64,000 bases of DNA, from assembly GCA_029246845.1 (NCBI GenBank), contig JAQWMJ010000006.1, forward strand, positions 39,273-103,272, written 5' to 3'. The notes below the pieces were generated by a model that was not told where the DNA came from, made no database searches, and was given only the letters and a program-made list of their open reading frames with translations. Positions within the stretch are counted from its first letter, which is position 1. Each line of letters starts with the position of its first letter. This DNA comes from Thermodesulfobacteriota bacterium. GTDB taxonomy: Bacteria; Desulfobacterota_D; UBA1144. Shown piece by piece: positions 1 to 10,455 of this stretch. The position numbers and the translations under genes are program-made.

Positions 1-145
1 TGACATCAAAAATACCTACGCTACTTCTTACATGTCGGTGCTCCTGTTTTAAATCTTTGAACCAAACTGGCATATTCCATCCATTAAAATTAACAAACTT
101 AGCATTCATTTTTTTATGAATTTCAAAAAGAGGGGTTACTTTCAT
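1..145 (-). CDS. gcvT: Glycine cleavage system aminomethyltransferase T, N-terminal part (runs off the window)
   Basis: Manual translation from ATG at 145: MKVTPLFEIHKKMNAKFVNFNGWNMPVWFKDLKQEHRHVRSSVGIFDV. Matches the GcvT N-terminus (TPL..H....A....F.GW.MP......EH..VR...G.FDV). Confidence 0.9.
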   Translation of the reverse strand, partial: MKVTPLFEIHKKMNAKFVNFNGWNMPVWFKDLKQEHRHVRSSVGIFDV

Positions 146-278
146 ACTACTATTTTACCTAATTATATTCATACTTTTAGGATTTAAAAATTTAAAATAT
201 AATTTGGAGATTATAAGCTAGTTTATTATACAAAATTAAAGGAATTTGATATAAATCAGGGTTTTTGGACCGCAAATT

Positions 279-620
279 CTAGACAACTTCTGCTATTAGT
301 TTCTTAAATTGCTCAGGGCTATTCATAGCTAACTCAGAAAGCACTTTTCTGTCAAGATCAATATTCTTAGTTTTAAGCGAGTGTATAAATTTACTATAAG
401 TTACTCCCTCTTCTCTTAAGGCAGCATTGATTCTAATAATCCACAATGCCCTGTTAGTTCTCTTTTTAACTCTTCTATCGCGATACGAAAAGGCCATAGC
501 CCTTAATAAAGTTTCCTTGGCTCTTTTAAAGACATTCTTTCTTTGACCCCAAAAACCTTTTGTTTGTTTTAAAAGTCTTTTTTTTCTTTTTTTACTTGCT
601 ACGCTTGATTTTACTCTCAT
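279..620 (-). CDS. rplT: 50S ribosomal protein L20
   Basis: RVK...KGFWG...YRDRRVKKR..RALWIIRINA motif; follows rpmI. Confidence 0.98.
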   Translation of the reverse strand: MRVKSSVASKKRKKRLLKQTKGFWGQRKNVFKRAKETLLRAMAFSYRDRRVKKRTNRALWIIRINAALREEGVTYSKFIHSLKTKNIDLDRKVLSELAMNSPEQFKKLIAEVV

Positions 621-636
621 CTAAATCCCCTAAATT

Positions 637-837
637 CTAAGCAAAGATTACTTTTCTTAAATCTCTAGCTTTTCTACCTTCTACAGTTCCATCTTCTTTT
701 AATCTTCTAATTCTTGATTGCGCCTTATGAACATTGCAATGATGCTTGCTACCTTTAATTCTTTTAAGCTTACCATTGGGCTTAAGTTTAAACCTTTTAG
801 CCGCACTTCTATTGGACTTCATTTTTTGTACTGACAT
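637..837 (-). CDS. rpmI: 50S ribosomal protein L35
   Basis: KMKSNRSAAKRFK motif; lies between infC and rplT. Confidence 0.97.
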   Translation of the reverse strand: MSVQKMKSNRSAAKRFKLKPNGKLKRIKGSKHHCNVHKAQSRIRRLKEDGTVEGRKARDLRKVIFA

Positions 838-1390
838 TTTCTTTTTTAACCGCCTTTATTAACTTTTTTGGTAAAACCATTAAAGTTAGATTTTTTCCTT
901 CAAATTTTGGTTCGTTATCTAATTCACCTGACTCTGAAACCGTTTCTATTATTTTTGCTACTAATTCTTCTCCTATTTTTTTGTGGACAATCTCTCTTCC
1001 TTTGAACCACAATCTTATCTTAACTTTATTTCCATCGGCCAAGAATCCTTTTAGCCTATTTATTTTAACATTAAAATCGTTTTCTCCAATATTAGGTCTA
1101 AATTTTATTTCTTTTAAAACTTGCGCCTTTGGCTTCTTTTGACCGCTTTGCTGTTTTTTCTGATCATACAAGAACTTCCCATAGTCCATAATTTTACAAA
1201 CTGGGGGTGCTGCGTCAGGGGAAATCTCAACTAAATCCGTAGAGCTTGCTTTTGCAGTAGCTAATGCTTCATCTATAGAAACAATCCCCACCTGAGCTCC
1301 GTCCAATCCTATGAGCCTAACTTCTTTGGCTCTAATAGAATTATTAATTCTTTGCAAAGGCTTTCTTGGACTATATTTTTTTCTTTTTAT
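809..1390 (-). CDS. infC: Translation initiation factor IF-3, probable non-canonical ATA start
   Basis: IRAKEVRLI, DLVEISP..PPVCKIMDYGK and KEIKFRPNI motifs. In-frame ATA at 1390 lies 7 nt after GGAGG and overlaps the thrS stop (the ORF track uses TTG at 1357). Confidence 0.95.
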   Translation of the reverse strand: MKRKKYSPRKPLQRINNSIRAKEVRLIGLDGAQVGIVSIDEALATAKASSTDLVEISPDAAPPVCKIMDYGKFLYDQKKQQSGQKKPKAQVLKEIKFRPNIGENDFNVKINRLKGFLADGNKVKIRLWFKGREIVHKKIGEELVAKIIETVSESGELDNEPKFEGKNLTLMVLPKKLIKAVKKENVSTKNEVQ

Positions 1391-3291
1391 AGAAGAACCT
1401 CCATTTTCTCATTTTTCATAATATTTTCAAATTCAGATATTTTTAATTCTCCTAACTGCTCTCCACCATACTTTCTGACACTAACTGTGTTGTTCTCAAC
1501 TTCCGATTTTCCTATTGTTAAAACATAGGGAATTTTATTTATTGATGCTTCTCTAATTTTCAAACCTAACTTTTCATTCCTTTTATCAATTTCAACCCTA
1601 ATTTTTAATTTTCTAAATGTTTTATCAAGAAAATCAGAATAATCAAATTGTTCATCTGAAACGGTGAGAATCTTAACTTGAACAGGTGCTAGCCAAAAAG
1701 GAAATGCACCAGCGTAGTGTTCAATCAGTATTCCAAAGAAACGCTCAAATGATCCAAAGATTGCCCTGTGTATCATTACTGGCTGAAGTCTATCATTATT
1801 ACGTGAAATATAATTAAGGTCAAATCTTTTTGGTAAGTTAAAGTCGACTTGAACTGTTGAACATTGCCAAGAACGCCCTAAGACATCTTTTATTTTGAGG
1901 TCAATCTTGGGCCCATAAAAAGCGCCGCCTCCTTCATCAACAGCGAAATTAAGAGATTTGCTTGCTAATGAATTTTTTAAAGCATTGGTTGCCTGTTCCC
2001 ATTCATCATCAGAACCCACGTATTTACTAGGTTTTGTTGAAACAAAGATTTCATAGTCTTTAAAACCAAATGCATTTAAAAACTTAGTAGTTAGATTAAT
2101 AACTTTTTCAACTTCTTCTTCAATCTGCTCCAAGGTACAAAAAATATGTGCATCATCTTGAGTAAAGCCTCTAGCCCTAAAAAGACCGTGTAAAACACCT
2201 GATCTTTCATATCTATAGACTGTTCCAATTTCTGCAAACTTAACTGGCAAGTCTTTATAGCTTCTCAGTTCACTCTTGTATATCATGATATGAAAGGGGC
2301 AATTCATTGGTTTTGTTAGATATTTGCTAGAATCTATGTCCATCGGTGAAAACATATTTTCACTATAAAACTCTGTGTGGCCTGATGTCTCCCATAAATC
2401 TGCTTTTGCTATATGGGGTGTGAAAATCAAACTATATCCAGACTCTACGTGTTCGTCTCTCCAAAAGTCTTCTATAATTCTTCTGATAGTGGCCCCGTTA
2501 GGATGCCAAAGAATTAGTCCTGGACCTATTTCATCTGTGATAGAAAAGAGGTTTAACTCTTTCCCTAACTTTCTGTGGTCTCGCTTTTTAGCCTCTTCTA
2601 ATAAGGCTAAATATTTTTTTAAATCTTTTCTAGAAAAAAAAGCAGTTCCATAAATTCTTTGAAGAGATTCACGATTTTCATCTCCCCTCCAATAAGAACC
2701 TGCAACACTTAAAAGTTTAAAAGACTTTATATAAGAGGTGTTTGGAACATGTGGACCTCTGCAGAGGTCGAACCATATGTTTTGATAGTATAAAGAGATT
2801 TCTTCACCAGGAGGGAATCCTTCAATTATTTCTTCCTTGAATGACTCTCCCAGCTTATTAAACTCTTTTAAGGCTAGCTCCTTAGAAATTAATTTCTTTG
2901 ACATCGGTAGTTCTTGATCAATTATTTCTTGCATCTTCTTCTCGAAAAGCAGAAGGTCTTCCTCTGTAAAGTTCCTTTCGGAAGAAAAATCATAATAAAA
3001 TCCATTCTCAATAACTGGTCCAATTGTTACCTTAGTTTCAGGATAAACTGCTTGAACCGCTTCGGCTAAAACATGAGCAGCAGTGTGCCGTATAAGTCCT
3101 AAGCCCAATTCAGTATCTTTAAAAACTGGAACTAGTTTGTCGTTCTCCTGAACAATATGAAATAAATCGGTCAGTTCGCCATTAATTGTGGCACCTATTA
3201 ATGAGCTATCGTAATTAAGACCACAAAAAACCTCACCTATTGATTTACCTATCTCAACGTCAAACTCTTCTTCTTTTATATATACCTTCAT
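1387..3291 (-). CDS. thrS: Threonyl-tRNA synthetase
   Basis: RHTAAHVLA, DLCRGPH, RDHRKLG, KPMNCPFH, GFTQDDAH and HRAIFGSFERF motifs. Confidence 0.99.
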   Translation of the reverse strand: MKVYIKEEEFDVEIGKSIGEVFCGLNYDSSLIGATINGELTDLFHIVQENDKLVPVFKDTELGLGLIRHTAAHVLAEAVQAVYPETKVTIGPVIENGFYYDFSSERNFTEEDLLLFEKKMQEIIDQELPMSKKLISKELALKEFNKLGESFKEEIIEGFPPGEEISLYYQNIWFDLCRGPHVPNTSYIKSFKLLSVAGSYWRGDENRESLQRIYGTAFFSRKDLKKYLALLEEAKKRDHRKLGKELNLFSITDEIGPGLILWHPNGATIRRIIEDFWRDEHVESGYSLIFTPHIAKADLWETSGHTEFYSENMFSPMDIDSSKYLTKPMNCPFHIMIYKSELRSYKDLPVKFAEIGTVYRYERSGVLHGLFRARGFTQDDAHIFCTLEQIEEEVEKVINLTTKFLNAFGFKDYEIFVSTKPSKYVGSDDEWEQATNALKNSLASKSLNFAVDEGGGAFYGPKIDLKIKDVLGRSWQCSTVQVDFNLPKRFDLNYISRNNDRLQPVMIHRAIFGSFERFFGILIEHYAGAFPFWLAPVQVKILTVSDEQFDYSDFLDKTFRKLKIRVEIDKRNEKLGLKIREASINKIPYVLTIGKSEVENNTVSVRKYGGEQLGELKISEFENIMKNEKMEVLL

Positions 3292-3304
3292 AATTAATCT
3301 TAAA

Positions 3305-3376
3305 TGAGCACGAGTGGATTTGAACCACCGACCTCTTGCATGTCAAGCAAGCGCTCTCCCCCTGAGCTACGCGCTC
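3305..3376 (-). tRNA. tRNA-Val(GAC), CCA not encoded
   Basis: Reverse complement GAGCGCGTAGCTCAGGGGGAGAGCGCTTGCTTGACATGCAAGAGGTCGGTGGTTCAAATCCACTCGTGCTCA folds as a cloverleaf. Anticodon arm CTTGC-TTGACAT-GCAAG, T-loop TTCAAAT. Confidence 0.96.
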
Positions 3377-3460
3377 ATACTTCCTAAATGAAATATTGTA
3401 TAGAGGACAAAAATATAAATCAAATTTTGTTCTTTGCTCTGATTAATTTATAATTCTTAA

Positions 3461-4354
3461 ATGGATATAGAAAATAAAAATATTGTACTAGAAACTAACT
3501 TAAAAAATCAAAATCTTATCAATCGTGGTAAAGTCAGAGATTTATATGATATGGGGGACTCACTGTTAATTGTATCAAGTGATAGAATATCTGCTTATGA
3601 CTCAATTCTTCCAACTGGTATTTTAGGTAAAGGAGAAGTCCTTACAAAACTATCGAAATTTTGGTTCTCTCTAACAGAAAATATAATTCCAAACCACTTT
3701 ATAACTGACGACATTATCGAACAGTACCCTGGACTTAAAGAACATGAGTCAATACTTAAAGGTAGGTCTATGATAGTAAAAAAAGCTAAACCTTTAGCTG
3801 TTGAATGTATTGTTCGAGGTTACATTACTGGCTCTGGATGGTCAGAGTATAAGAAGCAAGGAACTATTTGTGGGATTAAACTTAAAGAAGGATTAGTTGA
3901 ATCAGAAAAGCTTGATACACCTATTTTTACTCCTTCTACAAAAGCTGAGCAGGGAGAGCATGATGAAAACATTGATTTTGAATCTTGCGTTGGAATAATA
4001 GGCCAGGAACTTGCAGAAAAAGTAAGAGATTTTTCTATAAAAATATATTCCACTGCTCATGATTATGCTAAAGAAAAAGGAATCATTATTGCGGATACAA
4101 AATTCGAATTTGGTCTTGTAGGTGATGAACTTATATTAATTGACGAGGTACTGACACCAGACTCCTCTAGATTCTGGCCGAAAAATTTATATGGTGAGGG
4201 CCGAGGTCAACAAAGCTATGATAAGCAGTTTGTTAGGGACTACTTAACTTCTGTGGGGTGGGATAAAAACCCACCAGCGCCTGAGCTTCCAAAGGATATT
4301 GCTTCGCTAACTTCTCAAAAATATATCGAAGCTATTGATCTGCTAACAGCTTAA
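3461..4354 (+). CDS. purC: SAICAR synthetase
   Basis: GKVRDLY, SDRISAYD, ECIVRGY, ADTKFEFG and DEVLTPDSSRFW motifs. Confidence 0.98.
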   Translation: MDIENKNIVLETNLKNQNLINRGKVRDLYDMGDSLLIVSSDRISAYDSILPTGILGKGEVLTKLSKFWFSLTENIIPNHFITDDIIEQYPGLKEHESILKGRSMIVKKAKPLAVECIVRGYITGSGWSEYKKQGTICGIKLKEGLVESEKLDTPIFTPSTKAEQGEHDENIDFESCVGIIGQELAEKVRDFSIKIYSTAHDYAKEKGIIIADTKFEFGLVGDELILIDEVLTPDSSRFWPKNLYGEGRGQQSYDKQFVRDYLTSVGWDKNPPAPELPKDIASLTSQKYIEAIDLLTA

Positions 4355-5313
4355 TGGATCTATTTCTTTTTTTATTGACGGGTGCATCAATTGTGATGTT
4401 ATATTTCGGTGCAGATTTTTTAATTTCAGGTGCTCTATCTACTGCTGCTAGATTAAAAATATCTGAAATGGTTGTCAGCATAACTCTTATAGCTTGGGCA
4501 ACTTCTCTACCAGAATTATTTGTCTTGTCCAAGGCCATTAGTATTCCGAATGGATCTACTATTGCTTATGGGACGATTATTGGTAGTAACTTTTCAAATC
4601 TATGCTTAGTCTTAGGCCTTTCAATATTTATAAAATTTAAACTAAAGTTTTCTTTTAATTTTTTTGCATTTAAGAACTTTATACCAATAAGTATTTTTTC
4701 AACTCTAGTTTTTTGCTTATATGGATTAAATCATTTCGACGATTTGGTAATTAAAAAACTACTTTCTGTGCTGATGATTGTTGCAATAATTCTATATGTC
4801 TTAAGATCTAACAAAGAGACTAACAATTATTTAGAACAAGAAAGAAAGGTTTTTTCAAAAAAGAGAGCTTCCATATATGTATTCATAGGGGTATGTCTTT
4901 TGTTTGCGGGTTCTGAATTCCTTGTAATGGTTGGAATGAAGCTCCAGGATTTGGGGTTTGCTCCTTCAATTATAGGTTCGATATACTTTGCTTTGGCTTC
5001 ATCTTCTCCAGAAATATTCACTTCCTTATTGGCTATGGTTAAATATAAAAAACATGATGTCGTAATTGGTAACGTTTTAGGGAGCAATTTAGCAAATATA
5101 TGCATCTTTGGAATTGTAGCCTTAATATTTGGTACTGAATCCATTAATCTAGAATCCAAGGCTTTATATCTGTTAGCATCTACAGAGATAGCTATTTTTG
5201 GAATATTTATTATTTATTATTTGAAAAGTAACAAAGAAAAAATAATACATGTTCATTATATTGTTGGATTTTTATTATTTTCTGTTTACTATTTATTCTA
5301 TAAATTCCTATGA
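4354..5313 (+). CDS. Ca2+/Na+ antiporter family (YrbG-like) membrane protein
   Basis: Multiple TM segments with two alpha repeats (ATSLPE...GTIIGSN and ASSSPE...GNVLGSN). Confidence 0.88.
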   Translation: MDLFLFLLTGASIVMLYFGADFLISGALSTAARLKISEMVVSITLIAWATSLPELFVLSKAISIPNGSTIAYGTIIGSNFSNLCLVLGLSIFIKFKLKFSFNFFAFKNFIPISIFSTLVFCLYGLNHFDDLVIKKLLSVLMIVAIILYVLRSNKETNNYLEQERKVFSKKRASIYVFIGVCLLFAGSEFLVMVGMKLQDLGFAPSIIGSIYFALASSSPEIFTSLLAMVKYKKHDVVIGNVLGSNLANICIFGIVALIFGTESINLESKALYLLASTEIAIFGIFIIYYLKSNKEKIIHVHYIVGFLLFSVYYLFYKFL

Positions 5314-6266
5314 GCCTTGTATTAGATTCTATAACTGAAGATAAGCTTACTTTTGATAATGGAAATTGGTTTAAAATTTTAAACGGCACCAATCAATCTA
5401 ATATCTTAGTAATTGAAAAACTACTGGATATTAAAATACATTCAAAAGGTAATGAATTAATTTTAAATGGTCCCTCTAAGGAGGTTACTTTAGGTAAAGA
5501 ATTAATTCAGAATTTTTATAAAATAATCTCAAAGGGCTACTTTCCATCAGAAAATGATTTCAAGTCGGGCTTGAAGATTCTTAGTCAAAGAACTCATACT
5601 ATTGAGGATATTTTCTTAGATACTATTTGTGTAACAACGGATCGTAAAACTATAGCTCCCAAAAGTATTAATCAGAAATTATATATAGATTCAATAAAGA
5701 AAAATGATATTGTTTTTGGGATAGGCCCGGCAGGTACAGGAAAAACTTACCTAGCAGTCGCCACTGCAGTTGCATCCTTAAATATGAAGAAGGTAAAAAA
5801 AATAATCCTCACAAGACCTGCAGTTGAAGCAGGAGAAAAACTTGGCTTTTTACCTGGAGATCTTAATGAAAAAGTTGACCCTTATCTTAAGCCACTATTT
5901 GATGCTCTCAACGATATGCTGGACTTTGATACAGTATCAAGATTGATTGATAAACAAACTATTGAGATAGCTCCTATTGCCTTCATGAGAGGAAGAACTT
6001 TAAATGATGCATTTATAATTTTAGACGAGGCTCAAAACACTACCTCCTCTCAAATGAAGATGTTTCTGACACGTATTGGATTCAACTCTAAATGTGTGGT
6101 TACCGGAGATGTAACGCAAATTGATCTTGATAAAGGTTCTAAATCTGGACTAATTGAGGCTCAATCAATTTTGAAGGATATTGATGAAATAGAATTTTGC
6201 TCTTTTGACGAAAATGATGTGGTACGCCATAGGCTAGTAAAGAAAATTATTGAAGCTTATAAGTAA
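5310..6266 (+). CDS. phoH: PhoH-family ATPase (YbeZ-like)
   Basis: GPAGTGKT, RPAVEAGEKLGFLPGD, AFMRGRTL, DEAQN and DVVRH motifs. Confidence 0.95.
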   Translation: MSLVLDSITEDKLTFDNGNWFKILNGTNQSNILVIEKLLDIKIHSKGNELILNGPSKEVTLGKELIQNFYKIISKGYFPSENDFKSGLKILSQRTHTIEDIFLDTICVTTDRKTIAPKSINQKLYIDSIKKNDIVFGIGPAGTGKTYLAVATAVASLNMKKVKKIILTRPAVEAGEKLGFLPGDLNEKVDPYLKPLFDALNDMLDFDTVSRLIDKQTIEIAPIAFMRGRTLNDAFIILDEAQNTTSSQMKMFLTRIGFNSKCVVTGDVTQIDLDKGSKSGLIEAQSILKDIDEIEFCSFDENDVVRHRLVKKIIEAYK

Positions 6267-7537
6267 ATAATTTCATCCCTTTCTGGTCCTATGGAAATCA
6301 TCGTAACCTTAACCCCAAGAAAAGATTCAATAAATTTAATGAGGGATTTTAAACTTTTGGGAACTTTGTTTTTAGACAATTCATCCATAGACCAAGAAGG
6401 AAATTCTTTATAAATAGGCTTTACCTTAGCAAGATCTTCTAGTCTTAATGGATATGAAGATAGTTTTTTATTTTCTAATTTATATCCAGTACAAACTCTA
6501 ATCTTCTTAAAAATTGACAATATATCAACTTTTGTTAGAACTAATGAATTTATACCGGAAACTGTAACAGCATATTTTAGAGCTACAAGGTCTAACCATC
6601 CACACCTTCTAGGTCTTCCCGTTGTTGCCCCATACTCTGTACCAAACTCTCTAAGGGTTAGGCCTTGGTCGTCAAACATCTCTGTTGGGAATGGGCCGTG
6701 TCCAACCCTAGTAGTATAGGCTTTAGATATGCCAGTTACATCTCCAAGCTTTGAGTATGAAACACCGGAACCAGCCGAAGCATTAGAAGAAATAGTTGAA
6801 GAGGAAGTAACATAGGGATATGTGCCAAAATCTAGATCAAGCATTACTCCTTGAGCACCTTCAAACAGGACTCTCTTATCTTTAGCTATACTTTCATTTA
6901 GAAATTTCCCCGTATCTGCAACAAACTCCTTAAGATATAGATAATTTTTATACAATTCTTCCACTATCAGCTTGTTGCTCAATCCTTTTTTATTAAATAT
7001 TTTAGTAATAATCTTATTTTTTTCTTTTAATATATTATTAATTTTTTCATTTAAAAGCTTCTTATCTTCCAAATCAATAACTCTGATTCCCTGCCTTGAG
7101 ACTTTGTCTTCATAGGCTGGCCCGATTCCTCTACCTGTAGTTCCTATTGCATTATTACCCTTCATCAATTCTCTTTCTTGGTCAATTATTTTATGATAAG
7201 GTGCAATGATATGAGCTAAGGAGCTTAATTTTAAGTTTCTACCCGTAACATTAAAGCCACTTCTTCTGAGTCCTTTTATTTCTTTCACAAGAGTAGCTAA
7301 ATCAATAACAGTTCCGTTGCAGATTACAGAAACTTTTCCTTTTCTTAATACTCCTGATGGAATATGGTGTAGTACAATTTTTTTATTTTTAATAATAATT
7401 GTGTGTCCAGCATTACTTCCACCCTGAAAACGAGAGATGATATCATAGTTCTCAGAAACTAGATCTACTATCCTACCCTTTCCTTCATCGCCCCATTGAG
7501 CCCCTACAAAAACTGAATTTTTTATTTTCTTAGTCAA
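6257..7537 (-). CDS. purA: Adenylosuccinate synthetase
   Basis: GAQWGDEGKG, QGGSNAGHT, GTTGRGIGP and GATTGRPRRCGWLD motifs. Start placed at TTG 7537 with GAGGA 8 nt upstream. Confidence 0.97.
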   Translation of the reverse strand: MTKKIKNSVFVGAQWGDEGKGRIVDLVSENYDIISRFQGGSNAGHTIIIKNKKIVLHHIPSGVLRKGKVSVICNGTVIDLATLVKEIKGLRRSGFNVTGRNLKLSSLAHIIAPYHKIIDQERELMKGNNAIGTTGRGIGPAYEDKVSRQGIRVIDLEDKKLLNEKINNILKEKNKIITKIFNKKGLSNKLIVEELYKNYLYLKEFVADTGKFLNESIAKDKRVLFEGAQGVMLDLDFGTYPYVTSSSTISSNASAGSGVSYSKLGDVTGISKAYTTRVGHGPFPTEMFDDQGLTLREFGTEYGATTGRPRRCGWLDLVALKYAVTVSGINSLVLTKVDILSIFKKIRVCTGYKLENKKLSSYPLRLEDLAKVKPIYKEFPSWSMDELSKNKVPKSLKSLIKFIESFLGVKVTMISIGPERDEIIYL

Positions 7538-7538
7538 A

Positions 7539-8750
7539 TTAAAAATCCTCTTTTTGCAAATCAGAAAAACTTTTAAAAGAAGCAATCTTCTTATTCTTGC
7601 TGTCGTACAAAGTTAAACTTCTGTTTTTTGAAATCATAATCTTTAAATCAAAATTGTCTTTGTAAGTATTCTTCTTGTTTGATAAAACCCCAACGAATCC
7701 TTGTGAAGTAAAAAAGTCTTTTATCTCTATAGATAGTGAAAAAGTATTAATATGGGTTGAGTCTATGACTACAATAGGTGAACCCAGCTGATTTGCATTT
7801 ACCGTTTTAACTAATGGTAGAATATTAACACCTAGACCAACTGCGGGAAATGCATTTCCATACTTTCCTATCAGTTGATCATAGCGACCACCTGATAAAA
7901 CAATCTCGGATATTTCAGGAACTGCAATATCAAAAGTCATACCAGAATAATAATCAAAATTTTTGACATCAAGAAAGTCTACTCTTAAGTCTACCGATGG
8001 ATAAGTGGCTGAAACTGTTTCCGCTATTAAGTTTATCCTCGTTACACTTTCTTTAACTTTTAAAGGTAAATCTTTTACGGATACAATCTTATTTTGAATT
8101 AATGGTTTTAAATATTTTCTTATGAAACTCTTTTGCTTACTGTTTAACCTTTTATCTGAACTAAAATTTGCAATCGATTGATAATCTTTTTTGTGGAAAA
8201 GCAACTTGATATCTTCTTTTATAGGCTCTAAATTTTCAAAAATAAAATTTAACAAAAGGGATGAATTCAAAGTTGCAACTTGATCAATAAAACCTAACTT
8301 CTTTAGAATTGAAACTCCTAAACAAATTATTTCTAAATCCGACTCTAATGAGTTGGACCCAATAAGCTCACATCCTACTTGAAAAACCTCTCTTTTTGTT
8401 CCGGTTTCCTTATAATTATTTCTAACTACTCTTTCATTGTAAGTTAGCCTAAGAGGCATTTTTTCAGTTTTATAATTACTTGAAACATATCTTGCTATCT
8501 GTGGAGTGATATCAGACCTAAGGCCTAAGACATCTCCATTTAAGGGATCAATGAATTTAATTGTCTTATTAATTGTTTCTTCTTTTAATCCAACATTTAA
8601 AGAATTAATGTTTTCAAAAATGGGGGTTATGATTTTCTTAAATCCCCACAATTCAGATTCCTCTAATATAACTGAGGAAATAAAATCAATTTTTTTTACA
8701 TCTTTAGTCGTATATTCTTTAATTCCTAATGGCAATGAAAAAATATTCAT
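7539..8750 (-). CDS. hisZ: ATP phosphoribosyltransferase regulatory subunit
   Basis: LP.G..E, LRSDITPQIAR, REVFQVGCELIG and GGRYD motifs. Sits upstream of purA, and the window's hisG is the short form that needs HisZ. Confidence 0.88.
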   Translation of the reverse strand: MNIFSLPLGIKEYTTKDVKKIDFISSVILEESELWGFKKIITPIFENINSLNVGLKEETINKTIKFIDPLNGDVLGLRSDITPQIARYVSSNYKTEKMPLRLTYNERVVRNNYKETGTKREVFQVGCELIGSNSLESDLEIICLGVSILKKLGFIDQVATLNSSLLLNFIFENLEPIKEDIKLLFHKKDYQSIANFSSDKRLNSKQKSFIRKYLKPLIQNKIVSVKDLPLKVKESVTRINLIAETVSATYPSVDLRVDFLDVKNFDYYSGMTFDIAVPEISEIVLSGGRYDQLIGKYGNAFPAVGLGVNILPLVKTVNANQLGSPIVVIDSTHINTFSLSIEIKDFFTSQGFVGVLSNKKNTYKDNFDLKIMISKNRSLTLYDSKNKKIASFKSFSDLQKEDF

Positions 8751-10351
8751 TATCCAAAAATTACCTGATCTATGCTTTTAACTTCAGATAAGTTAGCAAT
8801 ATCCTCTAAAGTTTCTTCCGAAACAGGAGAGTCTACTGATATGAAAGCTAAAGCATGGTCTTCTTTCTCTGAATTTTCTTGCCTACTCAAATATAGCCTA
8901 GCTATGTTTATATTCTTTTCTCCGAGTGCAGCCCCAAGTAGGCCAACAACACCAGGTTTATCATAATTTTGTATCATTAAAATATTCCCTTCTGGAATTA
9001 AATCTATAGAATGTTTATTTAATTTTGTAAACCTAGCTTCTTTCATCCCGAACAATGATCCTGAAATTGATAGCTTCTCAGTATCTGTTTTAATTATAAC
9101 GGATACAAGGCTTGAAAACTCATCTTCTGTTGAAACTTTAACTTCTGTAAGCTTTATACCTCTTTCCTCAGCAATCAACGGAGCATTTACATAGGTAACC
9201 GGCGCACTCATTATGGGTGACAGGTAGCCCTTCAAGGCAGTAATTGTAAGAGGGGCGACATTGGTTTCTGCAACATTACCGCTATATTCTACAATTATCT
9301 CTTTAACTCCGGATTTACATGTCTGACCCATAAAATTTCCAAGTTTTTCACATAAGTTAAGATATGGACTAATTTCATTTAGAACTTCATTACTCATTGA
9401 AGGCATGTTTACAGCATTTGAAACAACTCCATCATTTGCAAATTCAATAACTTGCTCTGCCATCGCAATGCCTACTTTCATTTGAGCTTCTTGTGTTGAA
9501 GCACCTAAATGTGGAGTAAGGACAACATTATCCTCTAATTTAAAAACAGGTGACCTGAAATCTGGTGGCTCAGGATTAAATACATCTAAAGCTAGTCCAC
9601 CCACTTTCCCAGAGGATATTGCCTCTGAAATATCATCTTCACTAACAATCCCGCCTCTCGCACAGTTGATAACAAATACACCATCTTTCATCATCTGGAT
9701 TGATCCTTTTGAAATAAGATTCTTCGTAGTTGAAGTTAATGGCGTATGAACCGAGATAACATCGGACATCTTAAACACCTCGTCCATGTCAACCAATTCA
9801 ACTGGCATGTTTAAGTTTGTACCTTTCAATATATAAGGATCGTGAGCAATAACTTTCATCCTAAGGCCTATAGCTCTTTCAGCAACTAATCTTCCAATGT
9901 TTCCCATGCCGATTAATCCTAAAGTCTTACCAAACAACTCAGTACCCTGAAACTTAGAACGTTCCCACTTTAAAGATTTCATGGAACTATGAGCTTGAGG
10001 TGTCTTTCGGGCCAATGAGAACAATAGTGCAATTGTATGCTCAGCAGTTGTTATAGCATTTGCAGATGGAGTATTCATTACTATGATACCTTTCTTAGAT
10101 GCAGCTTTTATATCAACATTATCAACCCCAATTCCCGCTCTACCAATTAATTTAAAACCTTCCCCTAGGAGATCTATAATTTCGGCATCTATACTCGTAG
10201 CACTCCTTATTATTACAGCCTCGTAATTATTAATTATTTTTTTTAGCTCTTCTCTGTCAATCTTCTTTCTAACATCTAAATCTATATTTTTATGACTCTC
10301 AAATAATGAAAGTCCTTCTTTTGACAAGCCGTCAGTTATTAATATCTTCAA
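8750..10351 (-). CDS. serA: D-3-phosphoglycerate dehydrogenase (long form with ACT domain)
   Basis: RAGIGVDNVD, GMGNIG, INCARGG and TPHLGAST motifs; C-terminal DKPGVVG ACT domain. Confidence 0.97.
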   Translation of the reverse strand: MKILITDGLSKEGLSLFESHKNIDLDVRKKIDREELKKIINNYEAVIIRSATSIDAEIIDLLGEGFKLIGRAGIGVDNVDIKAASKKGIIVMNTPSANAITTAEHTIALLFSLARKTPQAHSSMKSLKWERSKFQGTELFGKTLGLIGMGNIGRLVAERAIGLRMKVIAHDPYILKGTNLNMPVELVDMDEVFKMSDVISVHTPLTSTTKNLISKGSIQMMKDGVFVINCARGGIVSEDDISEAISSGKVGGLALDVFNPEPPDFRSPVFKLEDNVVLTPHLGASTQEAQMKVGIAMAEQVIEFANDGVVSNAVNMPSMSNEVLNEISPYLNLCEKLGNFMGQTCKSGVKEIIVEYSGNVAETNVAPLTITALKGYLSPIMSAPVTYVNAPLIAEERGIKLTEVKVSTEDEFSSLVSVIIKTDTEKLSISGSLFGMKEARFTKLNKHSIDLIPEGNILMIQNYDKPGVVGLLGAALGEKNINIARLYLSRQENSEKEDHALAFISVDSPVSEETLEDIANLSEVKSIDQVIFG

Positions 10352-10378
10352 TATATTCCTCCGAAGTTACAAAAGAAA

Positions 10379-10449
10379 AATATATTTTAGCATTCAAACA
10401 ATGTCAATCAAAAGGATTAATTGTAAAAGGAAATAGCTGGGTATAAAAT
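10379..10449. promoter_or_regulatory. Divergent sigma70-type promoters for serA and tatC
   Basis: Minus strand: TTGACA(10407-10402)-17-TATATT. Plus strand: TTGTAA(10421)-17-TAAAAT(10444-10449), 6 nt before the tatC ATG. Confidence 0.6.
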
Positions 10450-10455
10450 TTAACA

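Noticed and set aside
146..278. Possible glycine riboswitch upstream of gcvT
   Set aside because: The region is almost pure A/T, with no GGAGA...CCGAAG...CUCUCAGG elements. gcvT looks leaderless.
7538..7585. ORF-track N-terminal extension of purA (similarly leuS 25431 and pabB 57223)
   Set aside because: The extensions overlap neighbouring genes. Better starts are at 7537, 25491 and 57271.
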